Notes: generated by a model not told the origin, from the sequence alone. A stretch of 64,000 nt of DNA from an uncultured Gemmatimonadales bacterium (GCA_963850905.1 CAWKMU010000003.1:128001-192000); one strand, 5' to 3'. Positions 10,915-21,508 are shown, counted from the first letter of the stretch. Numbers and translations are program-made.

Positions 10915-11372
10915 GCGACCACATTGCCGTGGCCCACGATGGCGCGGAAGTCGGCCCCGCTCAGCCGATCGGGGTCTGACCACCCCTCTCCGCTCGCCAG
11001 CTGAAGCCCGACGCCGTCTGACCGACGCTGGACTCCGCGCACGACGGCAGCTACCGCATCGAGTGGCGCGTCGGCCTGCACGACGGTGTCCACCGCCCAC
11101 GCACCGCGGTCACGCCCCTTGCGAGTGTAGCGATAGGTAGCCGTATAGATCGCGTGGCGCGGCTCTGTTCGCGCAGCGTCGGCGACGCCATCCGCAGCGC
11201 TCGGAGCGCCGTCATCCACCGCAACGACTGCCACGGCACTCTCGAGAGGGCCCTGCCGCAGCGGCGGGAACAGGTACACCTCGATCACGCGCTCCGCCCC
11301 CAGTCGCTCGGCAATCGCTCGCAGGAACCGCTCCGCCGTTTCCGAGACGCGGGCCGCACCGAAGGCGCTCAC
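10812..11372 (-). CDS. hypothetical protein
   Basis: Protein-like core ETAERFLRAIAERL...EVYLFPPLRQG...RYTRKGRDRG; GTGA-coupled to upstream gene; 3' end uncertain. Confidence 0.65.
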   Translation of the reverse strand: MSAFGAARVSETAERFLRAIAERLGAERVIEVYLFPPLRQGPLESAVAVVAVDDGAPSAADGVADAARTEPRHAIYTATYRYTRKGRDRGAWAVDTVVQADAPLDAVAAVVRGVQRRSDGVGLQLASGEGWSDPDRLSGADFRAIVGHGNVVAHAAAPERDATSRESPPPPARPLADDISGRDGTA

Positions 11373-12505
11373 CGAGCGAGCACCAGACCCGACGCGTTCA
11401 CGGGCGGCGACTCGCCGATGCCCCGCGCATCGAGCTCGCGCTCGACGTACAGACGGAGAATGTGCATGAAGTCCTGCGCGTTGGTGACGACGCCGAACGC
11501 CTGATGCGTCCCGCGGTCCTTCAGCTTGCTCACCACGAACTCCGACGAGTCGACGCACACCGTCGGCAGCTCGCGCAGCGACCCGTCGGGATTCGTCACG
11601 AACGCCGGCAGCATGTTGCCCGTGGCAATCGCATGCAGGGCCGTGGCGATCAGGAGCGCCATCGTCGCCTTCGTGGTGTGGCGCTTCATGGCGTCCTGGC
11701 CCGCGATCGCGTCAGTGATCACGTCGGGCAGGGGGCCATCGTCGCGAATCGATCCCGTCAACACGAACGGCACGCCATGCCGGACACACGCGTGCATGAT
11801 GCCACCAGTGATGATGCCTCGCCGAACCGCCTCGGCGATCGACCCCGCGGCGCGCACCTGATTGATGGCCCGCATGTGGAGACCGTGACCACCGACCGCG
11901 GCCTGCCCTGTGCCACTGACACCCAGGCTCGTGCCGAAGATCGACGCCTCGATGTCGTGTACGGCGACGGCGTTGCCGGCGAGCAACGCGGCCACGAATC
12001 CGTGCTCGATGAACCAGACCATGTCGGCCCGGGCTCTCGAGTGCACGAGCGCCGGCCCCGTGACCCAGATCGGATAGCCACCGCGTTCGCGCTCGTCGAT
12101 GAGCAGGCGAGCCATGATGGCATACTCGATCGGCTTCTCACGAGACACATCGCTCGTCATGAATTTGAATTCGCTCGGCCCCTCGGGGTCGAGGAACGCC
12201 GTCGCGTGCACGTAGATGCCTTCGCTGCCGTCTTCGGCCACCCCGACTGCGACGCGCTCGCCGGCCTTCACACGCCGACCCTCACGCACCCACAGGATGC
12301 CGCCAGAGTCTATGACGAGCGCCGAATCCATCCGGGGCTCCCGCGGCAGCCGCCACCCGCCGTCGAATTTGACGTACGTCGGCAGGTTGGTGGTCGAAAA
12401 GAAGCCGTCCGGCAGCACGCCGTCTGCCGGCGCGGGGACGAATGTCGCGTCGGGCGCGCTCGTGAAGCGCGGAGCGGTGAAATCAGGGGGTGAGAATCCA
12501 GTCAC
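11369..12505 (-). CDS. TIGR00300 / LOR-SDH-like protein (ArgZ C-terminal / ornithine cyclodeaminase-like)
   Basis: DGVLPDGFFSTTNLPTYV, FKFMTSDVSREKP, GNAVAVHDIE, GSIRDDGPLPDV, IATGN, KLKDRGT. Confidence 0.85.
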   Translation of the reverse strand: MTGFSPPDFTAPRFTSAPDATFVPAPADGVLPDGFFSTTNLPTYVKFDGGWRLPREPRMDSALVIDSGGILWVREGRRVKAGERVAVGVAEDGSEGIYVHATAFLDPEGPSEFKFMTSDVSREKPIEYAIMARLLIDERERGGYPIWVTGPALVHSRARADMVWFIEHGFVAALLAGNAVAVHDIEASIFGTSLGVSGTGQAAVGGHGLHMRAINQVRAAGSIAEAVRRGIITGGIMHACVRHGVPFVLTGSIRDDGPLPDVITDAIAGQDAMKRHTTKATMALLIATALHAIATGNMLPAFVTNPDGSLRELPTVCVDSSEFVVSKLKDRGTHQAFGVVTNAQDFMHILRLYVERELDARGIGESPPVNASGLVLAR

Positions 12506-12526
12506 AGGCGAAAAATGGCGGCCGCG

Positions 12527-14877
12527 TCAGAGGAGCGCCACAGGATCACGGTCCCATGCGATGCGCAGGCCGTGTGACGCGGGGATCGGAAAGCGCTGCA
12601 CGAAGTACTGGGCCAGTCGCGTGAGGCGCCCGGCGTGCTCGGCCTTGACGAGCATGTGCCAACGCCATCGCTGCTTGATCCGCTCGACCGGACATGGCGC
12701 CGGACCGATGATCTCGATGTCGCCGCCACCGTCCCGCGCCGCGAGGCGCCGCAGCCAATCCGCCCCTCGCGTAGCGAAGTCCGCAGTCGGCGCCTCCGCC
12801 AGTCCGCTGAACACGACGTTGGCGAGCCGGACCAGTGGCGGATAGGGCGGTTGTCGCCTGCCTGCGAGCTCCTCGGTGACGAAGCCCGCGTAGTCGTGCG
12901 AAACAGCGCACCGCACTGCATGGTGCCCGGGGACTCGCGTTTGGATGAACACCTGACCACCCTTGGGCCCCCGGCCCGCCCGCCCGGCGACCTGACAGAG
13001 AAGCTGGAAGCACCGCTCCGACGCGCGGAAGTCCGGGAGGTTGATCCCGACGTCGGCATCGATGACGCCCACGAGCGTCACGTTCGCGAAATCAAGTCCC
13101 TTGGCGATCATTTGGGTACCGAGCAGCATGTCGACCTCGCCGCGGCCGACTCGATCGAGGATGTCGGCATGGGCCCACTTGCCACTGGTGGTATCGATGT
13201 CCATCCGCGCCACCCGCGCAGTGGGGAACCGTTCGCTCAGCAATCGCTCGACTTGCTGAGTACCGAGTCCCCGGCGGCGCAGCACGGACTCGCCACACTG
13301 CTCGCATCGGGTCGTGATCGGAGCGTGATGCTGACAGTAGTGACACACCATCCGATCGGGGGACCGATGATATGTCAGGGTGATGGAGCAGTGCGGGCAG
13401 ACGGTCACTTCGCCGCACGCGGCGCATTGCACGAAGGCCGCGTAACCGCGTCGATTCAGGAGCAGGATGCTCTGTTCCCCCCGCGAGAGCGTCGTGCGCA
13501 ACGCGGTTTCGAGCGGCTCGCTGATCACCATCGTAAACGGATCCGGGGCCGGTGCCGTCGAATCGATGCCGATACCCGGACGCCGCCGCAGGTCGACAAC
13601 CGTCACCCGCGGCAGCGTCCCGCCGCCCACACGCTCCGGAAGTGACAGGTAGCGGTACTTGCCAGAGGTCGCGTTGACCCACGATTCGAGGCTCGGCGTT
13701 GCACTCCCCAGCACCGCCACCGCGCCCGCATGCCGAGCGCGCACGACCGCAAGCTCGCGCGCGTGGTAGCGCGGGGACTCCCCCTGCTTGTACGTGCTCT
13801 CGTGCTCCTCGTCGACGATGATCGCGCCGAGGTCGGGAAGCGGGGCAAAGACAGCCGAGCGCGCGCCTACCGCGATGCGCTTCGTGCCGGCCCGCAGCGC
13901 GAGCCACGCGTCGTACCGTTCGCCCTCGCTGAGCGCGCTGTGGAGCACGGCCACGCGATCACCGAAGACGGCACGAAACCGATCGACCGTCTGCGGTGTG
14001 AGGGCAATCTCCGGCACGAGCACGATCGCCGATTGCTGCCGTTCGTTCACGACCCGACGAAGCAGCTCGATGTACACGAGCGTCTTGCCACTGCCCGTCA
14101 CGCCGTGCAGCAGACAGACCTCGCCCGGTTGCGCGGCCATGAGCGCGCTGATCGCTGCCGCTTGCGCGGGCGTTGGCCGGTGGGCTGCGGGCGGCCCGAC
14201 CCGCCGTGCCGCGAAGGGATCGCGATCGAGTACCTCGTCGATCAGGCTGATCAGGCCTCGCGTCGTGCAGCGCCTGAACGACTGACGGCGCGCACTGCAC
14301 CTGCTCGATCAGGAGCTCGACCGACGTGCGACCGCCGACCGACTCGAGGTACTCATAGGCGGCGCGCTGCCGCGGCGCACGGGCGAAGAGCCGTTCCCGC
14401 TGGAGGAGCGATGGCACGTCGGTTCGGAGCTCAGCCACTCGCCGGGTCTTGCGCGACGGGTGAGGCGCTGCGGCTCCGGTGAGGGCTGCCGGCAGCGCGG
14501 CAGCGGACCGCGACGCCCAGGGGCACCGCGTAATAGTCAGCCATCCACTGGCACAGCGTCATGAGCGGCGCGTCCAGGACTGGCGTCGCGTCGGGAACGT
14601 CGAGAATCGGTTTTGGAGTTCCCCGCGCGGGCGGCGCGTCAGTCCCGCCGACGCAGATGCCTACGACGCGCCGCGAGCGGAAGGGGACCACAACCCGCGT
14701 CCCGGGCACCAACGGGTTTGCCGGCTCACCCTCGACCGCATATGTGAAGGTCTGGAACAGCGGCAGCGCCAGCGCGATCTCCACGAACCGCCGCGGTGGG
14801 TGGCCGACCCCGCCCTCACCCCCCAGCGTGGTCTCAGTCACCCCATCAGTGCTGTCCGCCCCCACAATCGACGCCAT
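12527..14877 (-). CDS. priA: primosomal protein N' (frameshifts around 14250-14510)
   Basis: N-terminal FTY..VVVPF..WMADYY; GVTGSGKT, LVPEIALTPQ, DEEH, CxxC Zn motifs, GTQMIAKGLDF, QVAGRAGR. Confidence 0.95.
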
Positions 14878-14920
14878 ATAAGGAAATATGGCGCTCCCGC
14901 AGGCCCCGAGGTTGGTCCCC

Positions 14921-14991
14921 TCTAACGTCCAACGTCTAACGCCCCTTTGTCTCCTTTCTCCTTTCTCCTTACTCCTTTCTACGCGAAGCGT
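14921..14991 (+). repeat. heptamer tandem repeats TC(T/C)AACG x3 and (T/A)CTCCTT x4, ending in ACGCGAAGCGT hairpin
   Basis: Read directly from sequence. Confidence 0.75.
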
Positions 14992-16013
14992 TAGCGCCCG
15001 TCTCCGTCAGGGGCTGGGAGCCGGAGGCGGTTTTCCGAGCCAGCCACGAGAGGCGCGACGCGGACGGGGATGCCACCTGGGCGAGGTAGGCGATCAGCGC
15101 ATCGGCGAGGTGTATACCCCGCTGGAACCGCTCGTCCGGAGACTTCGCCAGGCACTTCATGATCGACCGTCGCCAGAGCCGGCGGGGTGCGCGAATCGAC
15201 CACCTCGGGAGCCACCGGCGCCTCATGGACGTGCTTGTAGCCAACGGAGTACGAATCGGCGCCGTCGAACGGCGGGAACCCGAGCAGCATCTCGTACAAC
15301 ATCACGCCGACGCGTACAGGTCGCTCCGCCCATCGACCATGCGTCCCATCGCCTGCTCCGGCGACATGTAGTGCGGTGTCCCCATCGCGCGTCCGGTGCC
15401 TGTCAGTCGTCCGTGCCTGCGCGCGGTCGCGATCCCGAAGTCGGTGACGATCGCGTAGCCATCGTCATCGAAGAGGATGTTGTCCGGCTTGATGTCGCGG
15501 TGCACCACGCCGCGGCGGTGAGCGTAGTCCAGCGCGCACACCACCTGCGCAGCTGTCGACGCAGCGAAGTTCGGCGGCACCGTTCGCTCCCGGACCAGTC
15601 GGTCGGCCAGCGAGCCCCCGGCGAAAAAGGGCATCAGGAGATACACGATATCGTCGGTGGCGCCGTAGTCGACGATGGGACAGATGAAGGGATGAACGAG
15701 ATGGGCGGCAGCTTCCGCCTCGCGGCGGAATCGCTCTCGCATTTCCGTCTTCCTTCGCCAGCTGCGCGTGCAGGACTTTAATGACCAACGGTCGGCCCAG
15801 AGCCACGTGCTCGGCGTAGTAGACGTGCGCCATGCCCCCGCTGCCCAGTCGCCGGACGATGCGGTAGCGATTGCCAGTCACGCGTCGGAGTTGGGAGATC
15901 TCCGCGTCAGGCGGCTCGCTGGCGGTCGCGCTGAGAGATGGTAAGGCACTCGCGCAGCGTGTGCATTGGACTGCGACCGCCCGATTCCACGTGCCGCAGT
16001 CGGTACAGAACAG
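14969..16013 (-). CDS. Hanks-type Ser/Thr kinase with N-terminal Zn ribbon (frameshifts near 15745, 15310, 15165)
   Basis: CTDC...CTRC; LGSGGMAHVY, VIKVL, HRDIKPDN, TDFG, GTPHYMSPEQ, SDLY, KCLAKSPDERF. Confidence 0.9.
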
Positions 16014-16017
16014 AGCG

Positions 16018-16687
16018 TTATCCTCCGAACTCGAGGCGCACAAAATCGTAGGGCGGCCACGGACCACTGAGCGCGATATCGAGCCCGGACACCCGTCGCG
16101 CCGCAACGGCAACGGCCTCCGCGAAGTCGCGCCAGTGTGATCGCTCCACGAGGAACGACGCGCTGATATCGTCGACGTCACGTGTGGGCTCCGTCGGCCG
16201 CGGCACGAGCGACCAGGCCGCTGCATGGCCGCTGACTTCGTGGAAGACCTCGAACGCCCGGCCCTCCAACGGTGTCGGCTTCGCCGACGAGTGTGGATGG
16301 GCGCCGCGAGGCTCCGCCGGTCGCCCCGCGCATCGGACATGGACTCGTGCCTCGGCACGACCGTCGACATATCGCACGGCTTCCATGAGCGGAGCGTAGT
16401 GGAGCTCCAGCCAGCCCTTGAGCGTATCCAGTCGGCGAAAGACGACACCTGCGCGGGACCGGTACGACCGATCGGTGTGCGAACAGCGCGGTGACGACGG
16501 ACCGGTGCAGGTCGACGTCCGGTGGCTCCGGCCCCCGCCGGCCTGCGGTGACCTCGGTGACCGCTGCGGCAAGGTCCCGGTAACTCACGAGTCGCACGCC
16601 GGTTGGCAGTGCCTCGGGGGCGCCTGCAGCATGGTCCATGATGCCGTAGAGACGAATCGATGGACCGGGCCCGCGCGGACGCCTCAT
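16018..16687 (-). CDS. GvpL/GvpF family protein (frameshift near 16455)
   Basis: RLYGI, YRDLAAAV, HRSVV..VVP, GVVF, SFLVER, SGPWPPYDFV (family-typical GPWPPY end). Confidence 0.8.
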
Positions 16688-16696
16688 CCCGCCAAC

Positions 16697-17626
16697 TTAC
16701 AACATCGCGGCCAGGTGGGCGACGCACGCGGCGGCCGTCTGCTCGACCGCGTAGCCGCCCTCGAGCGCGCTCACCACACGCCCACCGCACCACACCCCGG
16801 CGCGTGCCACGACTTCGCGGGTCAAGGTATCGATGTCGTCGATCTCGAGCGTGAAGCCTCCAAGAGGATCGCCACGCAGCGAGTCGAAGCCCGCCGAGAT
16901 CAGCACAAGATCGGGTCGAAACGCAGCGGTCGCCCGGTCTACCCCCTGCAGGAACGCGTCGACGTAGCGCTGTGCCGGCAGATCGGCCGGCATCGGGATA
17001 TTCCATACGGTGTCTCGCGGCCCGCGGTCGTCTGCGGCGCCCGTGCCCGGGTACCAGGGCCACTGGTGCATCGACACGAAGTGGATACCGGGGTCGTCCT
17101 GGACGAGCGCCTGCGTTCCGTTCCCGTGATGGACGTCCCAATCGACGATCAACACCCGGTCGAGCCCCCGCCGGAGCCGTGCGTAGCGCGCCCCGACCGC
17201 GACATTGCCAAAGAGACAAAAGCCCATGGCCCGCCCCGCGAGCGCGTGGTGGCCAGGCGGTCGCACCGCGCAAACGCTGCGCACGGCACCACCGTCGATC
17301 GCCCGATCGATGCCGTCCAGCACGCAGCCGGCCGCCGCCGTCGCCGCCGCCCACGACCCGGGGCTCAGCACCGTGTCCGCGTCGAGGTGAACGAGCTCGC
17401 CGCCGCCGGCGAGATCCCGAATCTCCGCGACATAGGCCGCCGCGTGCGCGAGCTCGAGATCCGCCTCCGTCGCATGCCGTCCCTCGAGATGCTCCACCGC
17501 ATGGAACACATCCGGCCGGTCGCGCAACGCCCGCGGAATCGCCCGCAACCGCCCCACGTGCTCCGGATGCCCCCACCCGGTGTCGTGTCGCCCGCAATCC
17601 GAATGTGAAATGAACGCCGTCGCCAT
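16697..17626 (-). CDS. histone deacetylase family (Zn-dependent lysine/polyamine deacetylase)
   Basis: HPEH, RPPGHHA, GFCLFGN, DWDVHHGNGTQ, SAGFD, LEGGY. Confidence 0.95.
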   Translation of the reverse strand: MATAFISHSDCGRHDTGWGHPEHVGRLRAIPRALRDRPDVFHAVEHLEGRHATEADLELAHAAAYVAEIRDLAGGGELVHLDADTVLSPGSWAAATAAAGCVLDGIDRAIDGGAVRSVCAVRPPGHHALAGRAMGFCLFGNVAVGARYARLRRGLDRVLIVDWDVHHGNGTQALVQDDPGIHFVSMHQWPWYPGTGAADDRGPRDTVWNIPMPADLPAQRYVDAFLQGVDRATAAFRPDLVLISAGFDSLRGDPLGGFTLEIDDIDTLTREVVARAGVWCGGRVVSALEGGYAVEQTAAACVAHLAAML

Positions 17627-17689
17627 GCGTTGAATGATAGAGGACCGGCCTAAATCCTCACCGCCCGCATGGTGTCCGTGAATCGGCGG

Positions 17690-17846
17690 GTAGGGGCGAC
17701 GCATGCGGCGCCCTCCCATCGCACACGCGATCGCAGGGTTGCCCGCACGGTGTCGTCGACGGACCGGTAGGGGCGACGCATTGCGTCGCCCGTTGGTGTC
17801 GTTGGGGTTGTCGTTCTCTGACCCCTGACCCCTGACCCCTGACTCC
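17690..17846 (+). repeat. two GTAG REP units (17690-17713, 17767-17791) followed by TGACCCC x3 heptamer arm
   Basis: GTAGGGGCGACGCA(T)TGCG(T/G)CGCCC palindromes; GTTCTC-TGACCCC-TGACCCC-TGACCCC-TGACTCC. Confidence 0.9.
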
Positions 17847-17858
17847 GCCGTTTGCCCC

Positions 17859-18218
17859 TTACGACCGCACGGGCCGTCGACGCCGAAACGTCAGCAGAAA
17901 GATCGAGCCATCCTTCGCACCGGCGTCCGACACGGTCGCGTCCTCGTCGCGCACCTCGATCCCGTTGAGCTTCATCACGAAGGCGTCGCTGTCGCCGAAG
18001 TCGGGATAGAGCACGTCGAGCGCACGCTGCTTGACCACACGGACCGGCGTCGTCGCGGGAGCCTCGATCCGCACGACATCCCACACTTCGGGCATCTGCA
18101 CGCGAAGCGTCAGGGTCGGCTCGCCGTCTTTCCCCAATTGGATCGTCGCCGGCTGCGACCGGAGTGTTCCGACAAACGGTCCCTGCTCGCTCGCCGCTGT
18201 GCCCGATCCGCCGCTCAT
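17859..18218 (-). CDS. ubiquitin-like (YukD/EsaB-like beta-grasp) small protein
   Basis: TLRVQ..VRIEAPATTPVRVVKQRAL..MKLNGIEVRDEDATVSDAGAKDGSIFLL pattern matches beta-grasp Ubl proteins by eye. Confidence 0.6.
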   Translation of the reverse strand: MSGGSGTAASEQGPFVGTLRSQPATIQLGKDGEPTLTLRVQMPEVWDVVRIEAPATTPVRVVKQRALDVLYPDFGDSDAFVMKLNGIEVRDEDATVSDAGAKDGSIFLLTFRRRRPVRS

Positions 18219-18529
18219 ACGACGCCCTCGGCGGCACTCGGCCCCGAGGCCGGTGGCGGCAATGTCGTGAAGAATCGAGCCACTTGCTGATCGAAGAGGT
18301 ACGTCGATCCCGTCACAGTCGTGGCGCTCGTATCGGCAGCCACACCCACCACGATCTCCTCCCCACCCTGTCCTCGGAAGCTCACGTGCGTCGGACCCTC
18401 CTGCTCGAGAAACGCGGGATACAAACTGCTCCGACGCAGGAAGAATTGCTTCGCTGCCGACAGCACGGCGGCCGGTGCGAGGGACGTGCGCGTCCGGTGT
18501 AGCGATCGAATGGGAGGGGTGGGTGCCAT
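18215..18529 (-). CDS. hypothetical protein
   Basis: 104-aa ORF, ATGA-coupled to the Ubl gene, protein-like composition. Confidence 0.7.
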   Translation of the reverse strand: MAPTPPIRSLHRTRTSLAPAAVLSAAKQFFLRRSSLYPAFLEQEGPTHVSFRGQGGEEIVVGVAADTSATTVTGSTYLFDQQVARFFTTLPPPASGPSAAEGVV

Positions 18530-18542
18530 GCCGGAAAATTAA

Positions 18543-19916
18543 CTATCCGACAGTCACGACATCCACCGCTTGATATTCGAGTGGGATCTCCACAGTGAAA
18601 GTCGCCCCGTCGCCGGCCGCTGACACGAGATCGATGTCGCCGCCGAGGAGCCGCGCCAGGCGGCGCGACAGCGCCAGACCGAGACCTGTGCCGCCATAGC
18701 GGCGGGTGAGGGATCCATCCGCTTGCCGAAACTCGTCGAACACCAAGCGCTGCGAGGCGACGGGCACGCCGATGCCCGTATCCTGCACGCGATAGAGCGC
18801 ACGCCCGTGCGCCACCTCGATCGAGGCGGTGACGACCCCCGAGGCCGTGAACTTGAAGGCGTTGCTCAGGAGGTTGCCGAGGATCTTCACCAGCTTGCGA
18901 CGGTCGCTGCGCATGTACGGCACCGGATCGTCGGGTAGCTCGATGCGCAGCTCCGTGCGCTCCGGACGGCCCTTCGTCGTCGCAGCCGCCTCGCGTAGCG
19001 GGTCGCGCGGATCGAACGTCTCGACCAGTACCTCGAGCGCCTCGCGCTTGAGCGATGTCATTTCGAGCAGGTTGTCGACCAGCGCCAGGAGACGCTCGCT
19101 GGCGTCACGCGCCAGCGTGAGGTCGTTGCGCTGCCCCTCCGTCAGAGGCCCCGAAAACTCCTCCTGCAGCAGCGCAATGTAGCCCATGACTGCCGTCAGC
19201 GGCGTGCGGAGCTCGTGCGTGACGTTGGAGAGGAATTCATCCTTGATCCGCCGCGCCTCGACGACCGCGAGGTACTGCTGCTCGAGCTCCGCTTTCGACT
19301 CCGTGAGCGCGGCGTTCGCGCGCCGGAGCTCTTCGATCAACGACGCCTTTTCCGCTGTCGCCGCCATTTGCGCCGCGACGATGCGCAACAAGCCGCGACG
19401 CTCGCTGCTCAACGCCCGGACATCGGAGAAATAGAACGTCACCGCCCCGAGCACGCGGTTGGCCGTCTGCAGCGGCAACGCGATCAGCGCCCGGAACCCG
19501 AGCTCACTCGCGACCTCTTGCCAATCTTCGAGGTACGGATCCGCAAACACGTCCGGCACCTCGATCGCGCGGCGCTCGCTTGCGGCCTCCCCACTCGGCC
19601 CGAATCCCAACCGGACCCGCATCTCGCCCAACCAGGGTTCGTAGCGCTTCGGCCAGTTGTAGGCAGCCGTGAGGCGCATCAGCTCCGAAGCGCCGTCAAT
19701 GAGATACACGGACGCAAACGTCGCCCCGACCACCGGACTCACGCGCTCGAGCGCGAACCGAAAGACCTCTTCCGGCCGGTCCGCCGTCAGAAAGGCATGG
19801 ACGATCTCCCGCACCGCCATGAGCTCTCGCACGGCAGCCTCGGACGAGATCGCCGGGATGCTATCGGGCGAGGGTGAGCGGACGCGCTCGGCCGCAGCCG
19901 AGAGCGATTTAGTCAC
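18543..19916 (-). CDS. GAF-domain sensor histidine kinase
   Basis: GAF-like N-terminus; HELRTPL H-box, NLLSNAFKFT, DTGIG, GGTGLGL. Confidence 0.95.
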   Translation of the reverse strand: MTKSLSAAAERVRSPSPDSIPAISSEAAVRELMAVREIVHAFLTADRPEEVFRFALERVSPVVGATFASVYLIDGASELMRLTAAYNWPKRYEPWLGEMRVRLGFGPSGEAASERRAIEVPDVFADPYLEDWQEVASELGFRALIALPLQTANRVLGAVTFYFSDVRALSSERRGLLRIVAAQMAATAEKASLIEELRRANAALTESKAELEQQYLAVVEARRIKDEFLSNVTHELRTPLTAVMGYIALLQEEFSGPLTEGQRNDLTLARDASERLLALVDNLLEMTSLKREALEVLVETFDPRDPLREAAATTKGRPERTELRIELPDDPVPYMRSDRRKLVKILGNLLSNAFKFTASGVVTASIEVAHGRALYRVQDTGIGVPVASQRLVFDEFRQADGSLTRRYGGTGLGLALSRRLARLLGGDIDLVSAAGDGATFTVEIPLEYQAVDVVTVG

Positions 19917-19993
19917 AATCCAGGCCTGAAATGCACTAACGCCAATCTACACTGATAGTTGCGGCGGGAACAGGCGAGCTGAACGGCAGGGTG

Positions 19994-21505
19994 TCACCCC
20001 ACCAGCCGCTCCACCGCCTGCACAACCGGCCCGAACGACAACGCTCGACCACCGACTCGCGTCGCCAACTCGTCCGCCAGTTCCCGCTGCCCCTCGTTCA
20101 GCAACTGCCCGACGAGCCACGGGCCCGCGCGGGGATTACGGAACCAATCCTCGTCGAAATGCTCGGTCAAGACACTCGCGAGCAGGGCTCCGAGCTGCCA
20201 GGCACGCAGATACCTGGCGGCGTAGAATCGCGAGTCGACGTCAATGAATGCATCCGCGCGCTTGTAGCGAAAGGAGGTCGCGGCGCTCAGCGTCTCGACG
20301 TAGAGATCACTCAACGCATCCCAGTTCGTACCCGGGGCGTAGAGCTCCGCCTCGTAGATCAGTTTCGCGCAATAGCGCCTGAGGAACTGCAATTCTTCGA
20401 GCGCGGCCGCACGGAGAAAGCTCGGGAGTTGCTTCTTGCCAAGCCCCGAGTAGCGGAGCAGCCAACCGGGCGTCTGGGTCAGATGGTCGAAGAGCATGGC
20501 GTAGCTCTCCGTGACCGAGTTGTCGCCGACCCACCGGTACTCGAACGGATAGTCCGGCCTCGTGTAGGCAAAGTGGAGTGCGTGTCCCAGCTCGTGCAGC
20601 AACGTCTGGTAGTCGGTCTCCCCACCGTGAGGGCGCATGACGAGGTAGACCTCCTCGGGCACGCGCACGGGGGCGCAGAACGCGCGGGATCGCTTGCCTT
20701 CCCGTTCACCGACGTCGTAGCGGATGCGCCCGTTGGCCGTCGGGTCAATGCCCATCTCCGTGACCTGGCGGCGGACGACCGCCTCCATCTCCGGGCCGGG
20801 GAAGTACTGATCGAACTCCGGCGCTCGCAGCAGTGCGAGCGCGTCCGCTCGTGTGAGCTCGCGGACCGACACGCCCAGGGAGCGGCGCGCGGCGTCCGGC
20901 AAGAGCGCATCCCACATCGCTTTCGTGTCCGAGAGGCAGGCGCGACACTGGCGGAGCAGCGCGTCGAGATCGACGCCACTCAGCGTCGTGAAGGTCGCGT
21001 TGTAGTCATCGGCCAGCCCCAAGCCCTCGACGAAATCGCGCTCCCGCTGCAACCGGTCCCGTCGGATCGGCACCAGCTCCCGTTCGACGAGCGCCGCGCG
21101 AGCGTCGTCCAGCGCGAGTCGCTCTTTCCGATTCGTCAGGTTCGCCAGCTCGATCGGCACGCGTTGGTAGGGGATGGGCCCGCGATCGGGCACATCGACG
21201 ATTGCGCTCGCTTCCCACGCGATCTCGCGTTCCTCCAGCGGTGCCACCGCGCGCCCGGCCTGCGACTCGACTTCCCACTCCAGCAAGAGTCGCGCGGAGC
21301 GGTGCGTGTCGGAGCCGCTCGTCGCGCCGGTGAAAGCATCGCGCAACAGCTCGATGGCGTCCCTCCCCAAGACCGCCGCGTGTCGTCGATAGATCGGCTG
21401 CAGTTCGGCCGTCGGCTTGAGACCGGCGTGCGCGAGATAGAATTCGCGCGACACCTCCTCCATGAAGGCCTGTCCGCCCAGGCGGAGCCCTTCCATAGTC
21501 AACAC
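19994..21505 (-). CDS. M3-like zinc metallo-oligopeptidase
   Basis: GKRSRAFC, LLHELGHALH (HExxH), TESYAMLF. Confidence 0.75.
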   Translation of the reverse strand: MLTMEGLRLGGQAFMEEVSREFYLAHAGLKPTAELQPIYRRHAAVLGRDAIELLRDAFTGATSGSDTHRSARLLLEWEVESQAGRAVAPLEEREIAWEASAIVDVPDRGPIPYQRVPIELANLTNRKERLALDDARAALVERELVPIRRDRLQRERDFVEGLGLADDYNATFTTLSGVDLDALLRQCRACLSDTKAMWDALLPDAARRSLGVSVRELTRADALALLRAPEFDQYFPGPEMEAVVRRQVTEMGIDPTANGRIRYDVGEREGKRSRAFCAPVRVPEEVYLVMRPHGGETDYQTLLHELGHALHFAYTRPDYPFEYRWVGDNSVTESYAMLFDHLTQTPGWLLRYSGLGKKQLPSFLRAAALEELQFLRRYCAKLIYEAELYAPGTNWDALSDLYVETLSAATSFRYKRADAFIDVDSRFYAARYLRAWQLGALLASVLTEHFDEDWFRNPRAGPWLVGQLLNEGQRELADELATRVGGRALSFGPVVQAVERLVG

Positions 21506-21508
21506 GCC

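Noticed and set aside
1756..16687. Programmed ribosomal frameshifting or phase variation in anmK, priA, kinase
   Set aside because: Multiple indels of both signs per gene, no slippery heptamer/pseudoknot pattern; error is more parsimonious
15465..17597. 710-aa ORF suggesting an HDAC-kinase fusion
   Set aside because: Only the segment downstream of ~16013 encodes the kinase N-lobe; the rest is an off-frame read over HDAC and gvpL/F
17859..18218. Bacterial ubiquitination/defence system or type VII secretion locus
   Set aside because: No C-terminal Gly motif, and no E1/E2/JAB, FtsK-type ATPase or WXG100 genes in the window
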